Positions 18,321 through 27,797 of a DNA stretch of 64,000 nt are shown here, in pieces (position 1 is the stretch's first letter; every line of letters starts with the position of its first letter). The notes under the pieces were generated by a model. It was given only the letters and a program-made list of their open reading frames with translations, was not told the origin of the DNA and ran no database searches. The position numbers were made by a program, and so were the translations under genes. Source of the stretch: an uncultured Solirubrobacterales bacterium (GTDB taxonomy: Bacteria; Actinomycetota; Thermoleophilia; Solirubrobacterales; 70-9); NCBI GenBank assembly GCA_963823565.1, contig CAWGLR010000002.1, positions 102,978 to 166,977 on the forward strand, given 5' to 3'.

Positions 18321-20321
18321 ATGACGACGGACAGATGGCTCGGTCGGGGGGCCATTCCGCTCGCGCTGGGGATCGTGGGTGCGATCGCGTATGCCGTCTT
18401 CCTCCTCGCCGGCCAGCCCGACTCGCTGACCGACGCCGCCAACTGGGCCTACAACATCTCGCTCGCGATGGCCGGGGTCGCCTGCCTCGTGCAGGCCCTC
18501 AGCGGCGGCGCCCCGCGCGGCCCGTTCATCGCCTTCGGCGTCGGGCTCCTCGTCTGGACGGCCGGTGACATCTACTACACCGAGGTCTTCGCTCACACGA
18601 AGGCGAGGGACATCCCCTACCCGTCCTGGGCGGACGCCGGCTACCTCGCGGCGCTGCCCTGCTTCTTCGCCGGGATCGCCCTGCTGATCCGCCGCCGGAT
18701 CGGCCGCTTCACGGTCGCGAGCTGGTTTGACGGCGCAATCGGGGCACTCGCGGCGGCGGCGGCGGCGACCGCCCTGATCTCGCCGGCCCTGGTCGGCATC
18801 ACCGAGGGCGAGACATCGGTCGTCCTGACGAACGTGCTCTACCCCCTGCTCGACCTCCTGCTGATCTCCTTCATCACCGGCGCGCTCGTGGTCACCGGGC
18901 CGCGCGGCGCCCGTGGGCTGATCGCGATCGGCGTCGGCCTCCTGATCTGGGGAGCGGGCGACGCCTACTATCTCTACCTCGTCGCGACCAACGCCTACGA
19001 GGGCGGCGTCATCGACATGATCTGGCCCATCGGGGCGCTGGTGATCGCGCTCGGCGCATTCCTCCCGACCTCTCAGGACCGGCGGGAGGCGTATCGGTCG
19101 CCGATCGTCCTGCCGGTGGCCTTCGGCCTGATGGCAACGGGCGTGCTGGCCTGGGATCACTACGAGCCGGTCGAGGAGGCCGCGGTCTGGCTGGCGCTGG
19201 CGACGATCGGGGCGGTGCTCCTCCGCCTCGGGGCGAGCTTCCGCGAGAACAACGAGCTGATGCGCGAGCTTCGCGCCGACTCGGTGACCGACGCCCTCAC
19301 CGGCCTCGGCAACCGCCGCGCGCTCTCCGACCGGCTCGCCGCCGCGCTCGAGGACGGGAAGATGGCGCCCCGCCTCTTCGCCCTCTACGACCTCGACGGC
19401 TTCAAGTTCTACAACGACAGCTTCGGTCACCCCGCGGGCGACCTGCTCCTTCATCGCCTCGGCAACAGGCTGGACCGGGCCATCGGCGCCGGCGGCGCCT
19501 ACCGCCTCGGCGGCGACGAGTTCTGCGTCTTCACGCCGGTCGGCGACCGCGAGCCCGACGCGATCGCCGAGATCGGCCGCGATGCCCTCACCGAGCGCGG
19601 CAAGGGGTTCGCCGTGGGCGCCTCCTGCGGCTGGGCGATCGTGCCCGAGGAGGCGTCGAACGCGAGCGCGGCGCTGCGGCTCGTCGACCAGCGGATGTAC
19701 GCGGAGAAGGCCAAGCGCTCGGTTCGCAACGCCAACCAGATGCAGGAGATCTTCCGTCGCATCTTCCAGCAGCAGGACGCGGAGATGCAGGACCACTTCG
19801 AGGGCGTCGCCCGCCTCGCGCTCGAGGTCGCGCGAGAGCTCAGGTTGGACGCCGAGGAGATCGACGCCGTCGGCCGCGCCGCCGAGCTGCACGACATCGG
19901 CAAGATCGCGATGCCGGAGGAGATGCTGCGCAAGCCCGGGCCGCTCGACTCGTGGGAGTGGGCGCTGATGCGCCGCCACACGATCATCGGCGACCGGATC
20001 CTCAGCGCGACGCCCGCGATGCGCCCCGTAGCGAGGCTCGTCCGCTGGTCGCACGAGCGCTGGGACGGCGACGGGTACCCCGACGGGCTCGCCGGCGATC
20101 AGATCCCCCTCGAGGCGCGGCTGATCGCGATCTGCGACGCCTTCGACGCGATGACCTCGGAGCGCCCCTACCAGAGGGCGCGCACCGTCGAGGACGCCCT
20201 CGCCGAGCTGCGGCGCTGCGCCGGGACCCAGTTCGACCCCGAGCTCGTCGAGGTGTTCTGCCGCATCGTCGAGCGCGATCCCTCCGAGCACGCCCACCAC
20301 CGCAGCAGCGCTCCGGCCTGA
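18321..20321 (+). CDS. Membrane sensor with GGDEF diguanylate cyclase and HD-GYP phosphodiesterase domains
   Basis: Intact 666 aa with about 8-10 N-terminal TM spans. GGDEF domain: DALTGLGNRRAL...GHPAGDLLL...RLGGDEFCV. HD-GYP domain: HDIGKIAMP...HHE-like SHERWDGDGYPDGL... Confidence 0.9.
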   Translation: MTTDRWLGRGAIPLALGIVGAIAYAVFLLAGQPDSLTDAANWAYNISLAMAGVACLVQALSGGAPRGPFIAFGVGLLVWTAGDIYYTEVFAHTKARDIPYPSWADAGYLAALPCFFAGIALLIRRRIGRFTVASWFDGAIGALAAAAAATALISPALVGITEGETSVVLTNVLYPLLDLLLISFITGALVVTGPRGARGLIAIGVGLLIWGAGDAYYLYLVATNAYEGGVIDMIWPIGALVIALGAFLPTSQDRREAYRSPIVLPVAFGLMATGVLAWDHYEPVEEAAVWLALATIGAVLLRLGASFRENNELMRELRADSVTDALTGLGNRRALSDRLAAALEDGKMAPRLFALYDLDGFKFYNDSFGHPAGDLLLHRLGNRLDRAIGAGGAYRLGGDEFCVFTPVGDREPDAIAEIGRDALTERGKGFAVGASCGWAIVPEEASNASAALRLVDQRMYAEKAKRSVRNANQMQEIFRRIFQQQDAEMQDHFEGVARLALEVARELRLDAEEIDAVGRAAELHDIGKIAMPEEMLRKPGPLDSWEWALMRRHTIIGDRILSATPAMRPVARLVRWSHERWDGDGYPDGLAGDQIPLEARLIAICDAFDAMTSERPYQRARTVEDALAELRRCAGTQFDPELVEVFCRIVERDPSEHAHHRSSAPA

Positions 20322-20483
20322 CCTGAGCGGGGGGACCGGATCCCCCGATCGGTCCTCGTCGGCGTCATCGCCTGCGGGCTGCTCGGCATGACGGTCGGCG
20401 GTTCCGCCGAGGACGCCCTGCGGGTGGCCGGGATTCCCGTCGGGCTGGCGATCGCAGCGCTGCTCTGGCGGCGGATCGCCTGA

Positions 20484-21332
20484 TCAGGCGGCGGGTCGCG
20501 CCGCCCCCTCTCCCAGCCGCCCACGCATCACCCTGACCGCCTCGGGGCTCTCGTCGACCAGCACGTAGCGGCGGCCGAGCGCGGCGGCGGCGGAGCCGAG
20601 GGTCCCGCTGCCGGCGAAGAAATCGAGGCACCAGTCGCCGGGCCTGGTCGAAGCCTGGACCATCCGCCGCACGATCCCCTCGGGCTTCTGTGTCGGGTAG
20701 CCGGTCTTCTCGGCGCCGTTGGTCGGCACGATCGTGTGCCACCAGACGTCGGTCGGCAGCTTCCCCCGCGCGGCCTTCTCCGCCGTCACCAGCCCCGGCG
20801 CCATGTACGGCTCGCGGTCGACCTCCTCGGAGTCGAAGAAGTAGCGCTCGCGGTCGCGGACGTAGACGAGGATCGTGTCGTGCTTGGCCGGCCAGCGGCG
20901 CTTCGCCCTGGCGCCGTAGTCGTAGGCCCAGACGATCTCGTTGAGGAAGCACTCGCGCCCGAAGACCTCGTCGAGCAGGAGCTTGCAGTAGTGGCTCTCC
21001 CTCGGGTCGATGTGGAAGTACAGCGTCCCGGTCTCGCAGAGCAGCCGCCGCGCCTGCTCGAGCCGCGGCGCGAGGAACCCCAGGTAGTCGTCGAAGGAGT
21101 CGCGATAGGAGGACTCGGCGAGGAGCCGGGTCGCGTAACGCCGCCCGCCGAACCCGGTCCGGTCCCCCTCCCGGCTCTCCTCGGTCGCCAGCGAGCGGCG
21201 CGTCTGCGTCCGCCCGGTGTTGAACGGCGGATCGATGTAGATCATCTGAAAGGCGCCGTCCGCGTATTGCGGCAGCACCTCGAGGTTGTCGCCGAGGACG
21301 ATCTCGTCGCCGGTGGGCGTGCGGCCGCTCAT
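20484..21332 (-). CDS. Beta-class DNA methyltransferase (N6-adenine/N4-cytosine type), no adjacent endonuclease
   Basis: 282 aa from MSGRTPTGDEIVLGDN. Motif IV (IYIDPPFNTG) precedes motif I (LDFFAGSGTLGSAA), which is the beta permutation. TQKPEGIVRRMV is also present. The long 730-aa ORF-track entry is read-through upstream of the real start. Confidence 0.9.
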   Translation of the reverse strand: MSGRTPTGDEIVLGDNLEVLPQYADGAFQMIYIDPPFNTGRTQTRRSLATEESREGDRTGFGGRRYATRLLAESSYRDSFDDYLGFLAPRLEQARRLLCETGTLYFHIDPRESHYCKLLLDEVFGRECFLNEIVWAYDYGARAKRRWPAKHDTILVYVRDRERYFFDSEEVDREPYMAPGLVTAEKAARGKLPTDVWWHTIVPTNGAEKTGYPTQKPEGIVRRMVQASTRPGDWCLDFFAGSGTLGSAAAALGRRYVLVDESPEAVRVMRGRLGEGAARPAA

Positions 21333-21382
21333 CGGGCCGATGCTAGGCGCGGGTCCCGACGGTCCGGCGATCGGGCCGAGCC

Positions 21383-22507
21383 TCAGCCTCCGAGGGCGCG
21401 CTGGTAGACCGCGAGCGCGGGCTTGGGCGAGCCGTCGAGGCGCTGGAGGCCGAAGTGGCTCTCCTTCGGGTCGGCGGGAACGTCGAGGTCGATCCGCCGG
21501 TAGACGAAGAGCGCTTCGACGTAGCCGAACGCCGGCGACTCGAGCAGGTCGATCGCCTCCCGGAGGTAGCGGGCCTGCGTGGGCTCGGACACGCACGAGC
21601 TGTCCTCCTCGGCCGGGTCGCAGGTCGACCAGCCGACCTCGGTCGCCCAGAAGGGGCGCTCCGGCGCACCGTGGGCGAGCAGGAGCGCCCGCACCCAGGC
21701 GATCCGCGTGAAGCCGAACCCCCGGTCGAACGATCCGGGGGGCGAGCCGTCGGTGTAGGGGTGGACGGAGACGAAGTCGTAGTAGCTGCCGAGGTCGGGG
21801 ACGCGGGCGAACATGTCGTCGATGAAGCTCGTGCGCCCGTAGGGGTCGCCGGCCGGGGCCCAGTCCGCCGCCAGGCCGACCCGCACGCCGGGGTTGACCG
21901 CCTTCATCGCCCCCGCCGCGACGCGCACGAGCTCGGCGTAGGCGCCGCCGTCGGGCGTACCGCCGGCGAACTCGGCGATGTAGGGCTCGTTCCAGATCTC
22001 GAACTCCCGCGGCGCGAAGCGCGCCAGCTCCGGATGGGCGTCCCAGAGATCGCCACCGGGCCCGTACCGCGCCGCCACCCGGTCGGCGAACTCGGCGAAC
22101 GCGAGCCGCTCGTCGCCCAGCACCGGCATGTGGTCCATCGGCTTCCAGCTGCCGGCGAAGGCAAGCCAGGGCGGCGCCGAGTCCAGCCCCGGCAGGATCC
22201 TGATCCCCCGCTTCGCCGCCTCCGTGAACAGCAGGTCGTAGTGCGACCAGTCCCACCGGTCGTCCTGCGGCTCGACGAGGCGCCACTGGAGGTCCTCGCG
22301 CAGCCACCGCGTTCCCGGCGGCACCCGGTCGAGCTCCGCCGCCAGGTCGGGGCCGTAGCCCTGGGCGTTGGTCATCAGCCCGATGCGGAGGCCCTCGGAC
22401 GCCGCTGCGGCGGGGCCCGCGGCAGCCCCGAGCGCGATCGCGGCGAGGAGCGCGACCAGCGTGCCGGTGCCGAGGCCGCGAATCACCGGCCGAGGGTAGC
22501 CGGGCAT
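21383..22507 (-). CDS. Secreted clan GH-A glycoside hydrolase (GH5/cellulase-like)
   Basis: Start MPGYPRPVIRGLGTGTLVALLAAIALGAAAG is signal-like. FEIWNEPY carries the acid/base Glu and WATEVGW the nucleophile Glu. Confidence 0.7.
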   Translation of the reverse strand: MPGYPRPVIRGLGTGTLVALLAAIALGAAAGPAAAASEGLRIGLMTNAQGYGPDLAAELDRVPPGTRWLREDLQWRLVEPQDDRWDWSHYDLLFTEAAKRGIRILPGLDSAPPWLAFAGSWKPMDHMPVLGDERLAFAEFADRVAARYGPGGDLWDAHPELARFAPREFEIWNEPYIAEFAGGTPDGGAYAELVRVAAGAMKAVNPGVRVGLAADWAPAGDPYGRTSFIDDMFARVPDLGSYYDFVSVHPYTDGSPPGSFDRGFGFTRIAWVRALLLAHGAPERPFWATEVGWSTCDPAEEDSSCVSEPTQARYLREAIDLLESPAFGYVEALFVYRRIDLDVPADPKESHFGLQRLDGSPKPALAVYQRALGG

Positions 22508-22691
22508 CGCGCCCGGCCCCGGATCCACGAAGGCCAAGGCTGCCGCGCTGGCCGGGGCGATTCCCCTGGCGCTCGCCGGCTCGCGGCAAGCACCCCGACA
22601 GCGGGTCGTTCGAGAGGCAGCCATAGGCAGCTTCGGCCGATTCGCGAATGCCATGGGGGCGGTTCCGCGGGGCCACCGAGGCGGCGGCCGA

Positions 22692-22764
22692 TGGGCGTTA
22701 CTGGGCTCGAACCAGTGACCTCCAGCTTGTCGAGCTGGCGCTCTCCCAACTGAGCTAAACGCCC
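22692..22764 (-). tRNA. tRNA-Val (anticodon GAC), C at position 33
   Basis: 73-nt cloverleaf: acceptor GGGCGTT/AACGCCC+A, D arm GCTC-AGTTGGGA-GAGC, anticodon arm CCAGC-TCGACAA-GCTGG, variable AGGTC, T arm ACTGG-TTCGAGC-CCAGT. No encoded CCA. Confidence 0.85.
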
Positions 22765-22863
22765 GGGAGCGGGCAATCTAGCAGCGGCGCGGGGACGGTC
22801 GGACCGGCGTGCGGCCACCGGGGCTGCCGCTACCCTGCCGTGCTTCCACGACCACGGGAGTTG

Positions 22864-23313
22864 ATGATGAGGAAGAAGCTAAGCGTCGTTGCGGTAGCGG
22901 GTTGCGTGCTCTGTCTCGCGGCTCCGGCGAACGCCGATCAGACGATCAAGTACAAGGGCAAGGCCGACCCCGACGGGCGGGTCAGCTTCAAGCTGCTCAA
23001 GGGCGGCGGGATGAAGCAGGTCGACTCGTTCAAGTGGGCCAAGATCCCCGTCGACTGCGGCGGCAAGGGCGAGCAGACGACGAGCAACAAGCTCGGCTTC
23101 GCCGTCAAGGTCAAGGCCGACAAGACGTTCACGGCCAAGGCCGTCCTCGGCCCCGCCGACGATCCCGCCGCCAAGGTGAAGGTCGAGGGGACCGTCAAGG
23201 GCAAGGAGGCCTTCGGGGGCATCCACATCCGCGGCAAGCAGTTGCCGCTGGACAACGGCAAGACGGGCGACTGCAAGAGCGGCCGCATCGACTGGTTCGC
23301 CCAGCCGAAGTAG
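22864..23313 (+). CDS. Small secreted Lys/Gly-rich protein of unknown function
   Basis: MMRKKLSVVAVAGCVLCLAAPANA is a signal peptide. The mature ~125-aa protein is beta-rich in flavour (IKYKGKADPDGRVSFKLLKGGG...). Confidence 0.6.
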   Translation: MMRKKLSVVAVAGCVLCLAAPANADQTIKYKGKADPDGRVSFKLLKGGGMKQVDSFKWAKIPVDCGGKGEQTTSNKLGFAVKVKADKTFTAKAVLGPADDPAAKVKVEGTVKGKEAFGGIHIRGKQLPLDNGKTGDCKSGRIDWFAQPK

Positions 23314-23420
23314 GCGAGTTCAGCCGAGGCGCCCGCCCCCGGAGGGGCCCCGGGCGCACCCCGGCCCGGCGGCGGCCTTCGAGCCGTCGCCGGGCGGGGC
23401 GACGGACCGGGGCACGGCCC

Positions 23421-25692
23421 CTACTTGCCGCCCTTCTTGCGCTTCTTCTTCTGGCCGACGAGCTGCGCCTTCTTCTTGCTCGCCTCGTCACGCTCGGCGG
23501 TGGTCACCAGGACGCGCCCGCGCTGCTTCGCCTTGCGCTTGCTCTTCAGTGACTTCTTCGCCGCCTTCGTGAGCTTGACCTTGACCGTGCGGCTCTTGCC
23601 GCCGGCGATCGAGCTGAAGTCGCCCGACGCGAGCTTCTTCCGCTTGCCCTTGACCCGGCCGACCATCTCGACGTCTCCGTCGTTGCACGCGACCCAGGCT
23701 TCCGGGCAGAGGACCCGAACCTTCGCGGTCTTGCCCTTGACCTTGATCCGCTTCTTGCCGGTCATCCGAGCGCCCGGGTGCCTGAGCGCCGCGAAGTCGG
23801 CGGCCAGCTCGTAGCCGTCGGGCAGGAACTTCTCGCGCGGCGCCTTCGACCAGCCCTCCGAGCGCCCCCGGCCGCTCGACCACCGGGATGCGCAGCTCGA
23901 GGTCCGACACCGTGACCGCGCCCTGCCCGTCGGACGGACGGCCGTAGCTGAGCAGCGGGATCGGGTCGGGCCGGACGCCGTCGGCGCCGACCAGCTCGAG
24001 CTTCGGGACGTGGCCCTCGGCGAAGGTCCAGCCGTTCGGGTGCAGCTGGAAGACCTGCCGCGCCGGGCCGCCGACGACCGGCCGCCAGAGGCCGCGATCG
24101 ACGAGCGTCTCCTTGTTGTCCGGGCCGACGTCGAGCAGGCGGGCGGCCACCTGCGAATTCGGTTGGGGATGGTGATGTCGGCGATCACCGTCGCCGAGCC
24201 CATCATCGTGTAGCCGCCCGCGGGAGCGGCGTCGAGGCGGTAGACGGCGGCGCCCGCGGTCGTCGGTCGCGTTGACGCGTCGAGCAGGCGTCCGGCGACG
24301 TCACCGGGTTGAACTGCCCTCCGGTCGTCGAGTCGGCAGCGATCGTCTTGCTCGCCGCGTCCTCGAATCGGATCTCGCCCGGCGCGATCTGCGCCCAGTC
24401 GTCGGCGACGTAAGGGCCACCGGAGGGCGCCGTGTCGGGGCAGGTCTGCCGTGAACGCCTCGACGCCCTGCTGCGGCTCGGGTCCCTCGCCCTTGATGTA
24501 GTGGTCGAACCAGGCGTCGATCCGTGCCTCGAGGGCGTCCGAGACGTCCTCCTTGTTGCTCCCGCGCATGTGGCCGAAGTCGCCGAAGAACAGCGCCGCG
24601 TCGGCGTCCGGGTACTGGGTCTTCGTCCGGTTGTAGAAGCGGATCGTCTCGTCCGCCGGGAAGAGGTCGTCGGTGAACCCGCTCGACATCAGCATCGGCG
24701 CCGGGGGCTGGGAGTGGTCGATGTCGTAGGAGGAGTGGTGCTGGCTGAGCTCGTCGACGATCGCCTGGGTATCGGCGCCGTACGGCTCGCCGGCGTTGAG
24801 GCGGTTGCGCCAGCCGGTCAGGTCGGCGGTCGGGTCGGTGCCCCGGGTCGCGTAGACGCCGGGCGCCGCCTGGCCGTTCAAGTAGAGGCCGGTCGACGTA
24901 GGAGGCCTTCTCGACGCCGGGCCGGCCCGACGTAGGGGGCGTCGGCGACGTAGTCGAGGGTGCTGCCGTTCGGAGCCAGCGAGTAGGCGAGGTCGGTCCA
25001 CGGGATGTTCGGGGCCGCGGCGGCGATCTGCATCGGGTCGCCGCTCGGGCTCTGCCACGGGCGAGAGCGAGTAGTCGAGCCCCATGATCCGGTCCCTGAG
25101 CGCGCCCAGCGCCATCGACATGCCGCCGCCATAGGAGCCGCCGATCGCGCCCGACCCGCTGGCCGGTCGATCAGGCCCTCGTCGTCGAGCATGCCGGCGA
25201 ACGTCCTGCGCGTCGCGCACCTCGTAGCGGTTGTCGATCAGGCGCACGTAGCCGTCGGCGCACTCGCCGCCCGACGCCGTCCTCGAGGCGGCTGAGCCGC
25301 AGGACTCGTGGAAGCCGCGGTCGGTCATCGAGAAGACGGCGTAGCCCCTGTCGAGCCAGTGTTGCATCGCGCCGAGGCCGATCTTGGCTGCCGCCGTAGC
25401 CGTGGAACATCATCACCAGCGGGTAGTTGCCGTCGGGGCCGGAGGGCGGCGCGGGCGGGAAGGCGACGTTGACGTCGATCGGCACGTTGTCGACGGGAGA
25501 GGCAACCGTGCTGCGCTGCGGCGGGTCGGAGGGGTCAACCGGTTCCACGCCGCAGAACCGGACGCCGTCGCCCTGAACGGCGCAGGGAAGGCCCAGGGCG
25601 TCGGGGATCGCCGCACCGGCGGCCTGCGGTGCGATCAATGCCGCCGCCGCCACGATCGCCGCGATCAGCCACCTACGAAGTCCTCCGCGCAC
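23421..25692 (-). pseudogene. CocE/NonD (S15 X-Pro dipeptidyl-peptidase-like) alpha/beta hydrolase with Lys-rich C-terminal tail; at least 8 frame disruptions
   Basis: GTG at 25692 with a GAGGAG RBS. Signal LIAAIVAAAALIAPQAAGA. Family segments are scattered over three frames: NYPLVMMFHGYGGS, MQHWLDRGYAVFSMTDRGFHESCG, nucleophile elbow AIGGSYGGGMSMALGA, NIPWTDLAYSLAPNG, LMSSGFTDDLFP and FGDFGHMRG. The tail is KKRIKVKGKTAKVRVLCPE...KKKRKKGGK. Confidence 0.75.
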
Positions 25693-25787
25693 GCGCGCTC
25701 CTCTCGATCCGTCCCGCCCCCGCGGGAATCTCTCTCCACTCGCAAGCCTATCCGAACCGGGTCGGGGAGGTGCCGGTTGCCGCTCGC

Positions 25788-27338
25788 TCAGCGGGCCGCG
25801 CGCGTCGACTCCCGCAGCGCCTTGGAGACGCTGTCGGGGCTGCGGAAGATCTGGTCGTAGCTCGCCGGCCTGACCTCGTAGCCGAGCCGGTCGAGGAGCC
25901 CGGAGGTCTCGAGCTGGACGAGGTCGTGCTCCTTGGGGCGGAGCGTGCCGGGGCTGACCTGCAGCGAGCAGGGCGTCGCCGCGATCGCGACCGGGTCGGG
26001 GAGCTCCGGGGGCGTCGGGTTGCGCCTCTTCCAGCGGAAGCTCCGGCCGATGTTCGAGGCATAGCGGTGCCGCTTGTTGAGGTGGCCGAGGCCCAAGCGG
26101 TAGGAGATCAGCTTGAGGATGGACTCGTGCGTGACCGGCAGGTGGCTGACCCCGCCGCGGCGCGTGAACGGGGAGATCGCGACGCCGGGGATGCGGAAGC
26201 CCGTCATCCCCCAGTTCTCGAAGAGGTCGGCGCTCTCGGCGGTCGTCGGGGACGAAGCGCGGGCGGACGTGGTCGAAGAAGCCGCCCCACTCGTCGTAGT
26301 TGACGAAGAGGACGCCGCGCCTGTACTGCGGGCGACTCCATGAAAGCGTGGACGACGTCGGACATGAACGCCTGGCCGAGCCGGACGTCGCCGTGGGGAT
26401 GCTCGTCGGCGGAGGTGCCGTCTCCCCCGCCGCCGTCCTTGAAGGGCGGATCGACGAAGCAGATGTTCGGCAGCGTTCCCTCGGCGGCCTGCTGGTAGTA
26501 CTGGGCGATCGGCTTGCGTCCAGCCGAGGCCGCGGGCGCCGTAGAGCGCGGCGAACGGGAGGTCGGAGTTGTAGTAGCCGACGCTGACGCCCTTGCTCTG
26601 TGCCCGGTCGAAGATCGTCTCCCAGGTGAAGCCGCTCGGCATGTCGGTCTCGGGCGGAAGCTTGTTCGACTTCTGGCCGCCGTTCTGCGCGCCCCACTGG
26701 TAGTGGCGGTTCGGGTAGGTCGAGGCCATGATCGAGCAGAACCAGCGGTCGTAGAGCGTGAAGGCGTCGGCGACGTGCGGGATGAAGCCGAGATCCTGCT
26801 TGAGGTAGTAGCCGGCGGCGAACTCGTCGCTGCCGTCGCCCTCGGGGTTGCCGGTGACGAACCCATCCATCCTGCCGGCGTTCCACTGGTGGCGGCCGCC
26901 GTCCCAGCCGTGGTCGGGGTCGCGGAAGTCGCAGCCCTGGAAGTCCGGGGTGAGGCGGTGCGTCGGCACCGGGTTGCCATTGACGTCGGGGTAGGAGAGC
27001 CCGGTGTTCTTGGCGTCCGCCTCCGGATGCCAGCCGAAGTAGTGGTCGAATGAGCGGTTCTCCATCATCAGCACGACGACGGTGTCGATCGGCATGTTCC
27101 GCGCCCGCGGCAGGTGGCCGAGCCCGCCCTTGGGCTTGCGCGCCGCCGCGAGGAGCTGCTCGGCGGGCAGCGACGCCGCCAGCGAGGCGGAGCCCGCGGC
27201 CATCGCGGTTCGGGTCAGGAACTCGCGCCGGCGCAGCGTCCCCTCGGGGTCCGCCGCCTCGGCCCGCTCGGCGCCCTCCTCGTCGGCGAGCTCGCCGCGC
27301 CGCAAGAAATCGCTGTGGTCGTCCGGTCGCCTGATCAC
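25788..27338 (-). pseudogene. Tat-exported phospholipase C / phosphoesterase-family protein; about 3 frame disruptions (about 26215-26515)
   Basis: Twin-arginine signal RRREFLTRTAMAAGSASLAA. MMENRSFDHYFG and the C-terminus (FENWGMTGFRIPGVAISPF...) share one frame. PIAQYYQQAAEGTLPNICFVDPPFKDGGG...HPHGDVRLGQAFMSDVV and VLFVNYDEWGGFFDHV lie in the other two. The GTG start overlaps the upstream stop as GTGA. Confidence 0.8.
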
Positions 27339-27736
27339 GGCTCGATGACCTCCTCGCAGTCGAACACACCGTTCTCGGTGGCGTCGACGAACGCGCGGTC
27401 GAAGCCGCCACCGCACTCGATCTGGTCGTCGTCGCCGTCGCGGGCCCGGATCACGTCGTCGCCCGTCCCGCCGAGCAGCCGGTCGAAGGCCCTGCCACCG
27501 ATCAGCAGGTCGCCGCCGGTGCCGCCCTTGAGCAGATCGCGCCCCTCGCGCCCCGCGAGGCGATCGTCGCCGCCCAGCCCGAGGATCCGGTCGGCCCTCG
27601 GTCCGCCATGGAGCCGGTCGCCCTTGGCGGTGCCGCGGACCCGCTCGGCGCTCGCGGGGGCGGCGAGCAGCGCCGCGATGACGAGCAGCGCCCCGGCCAG
27701 CTCGAGCGCCGGCCGCCTCCTCCCGATCAGTGCCAC
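27335..27736 (-). CDS. Secreted hemolysin-type (RTX-like) calcium-binding repeat protein
   Basis: 133 aa with a signal sequence (LELAGALLVIAALLAAPASA), repeated GGxGxD-type nonapeptides (GLGGDDRLAG, GGTGGDLLIG, GGTGDDVIRA) and a C-terminal CGGG...CEEV. Confidence 0.72.
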   Translation of the reverse strand: MALIGRRRPALELAGALLVIAALLAAPASAERVRGTAKGDRLHGGPRADRILGLGGDDRLAGREGRDLLKGGTGGDLLIGGRAFDRLLGGTGDDVIRARDGDDDQIECGGGFDRAFVDATENGVFDCEEVIEP

Positions 27737-27797
27737 GCGTTAGTTCTACACCGGCGGCACCGGGTCGTGTGAAGGTTCTGTGGACCTGGCGGCGGGG

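Noticed and set aside
16500-20300. 1266-aa ORF on the minus strand, the longest in the window
   Set aside because: It is antisense to the helicase and GGDEF/HD-GYP genes, whose products carry unmistakable conserved motifs. Its translation is Arg/Ala/Gly/Asp-rich with no recognisable domain. This is a typical shadow ORF of very high-GC DNA.
20322-20483. Small hydrophobic ORF (…VLVGVIACGLLGMTVGGSAEDALRVAGIPVGLAIAALLWRRIA) between the GGDEF gene and the methyltransferase
   Set aside because: It looks membrane-like, but the only canonical start (ATG about 20388) leaves 31 aa, and the upstream part has no start codon after the GGDEF stop. I cannot support it as a gene without conservation data.
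16600-21332. Helicase plus methyltransferase as a type III/type I-like restriction-modification or other defence system, with the GGDEF enzyme as signalling component
   Set aside because: The helicase (~550 aa) has no nuclease domain I can see. The methyltransferase is convergent and separated by an unrelated 2-kb gene. There is no specificity subunit, and the GGDEF protein is a standard membrane c-di-GMP enzyme. Co-location looks coincidental. It is kept only as a neighbourhood check under the helicase and methyltransferase findings.
20484-22676. 730-aa ORF suggesting a large fusion methyltransferase
   Set aside because: The N-terminal ~450 aa are an alternative-frame reading of the glycoside hydrolase gene (21383..22507). 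The methyltransferase motifs begin only after the ATG at 21332.
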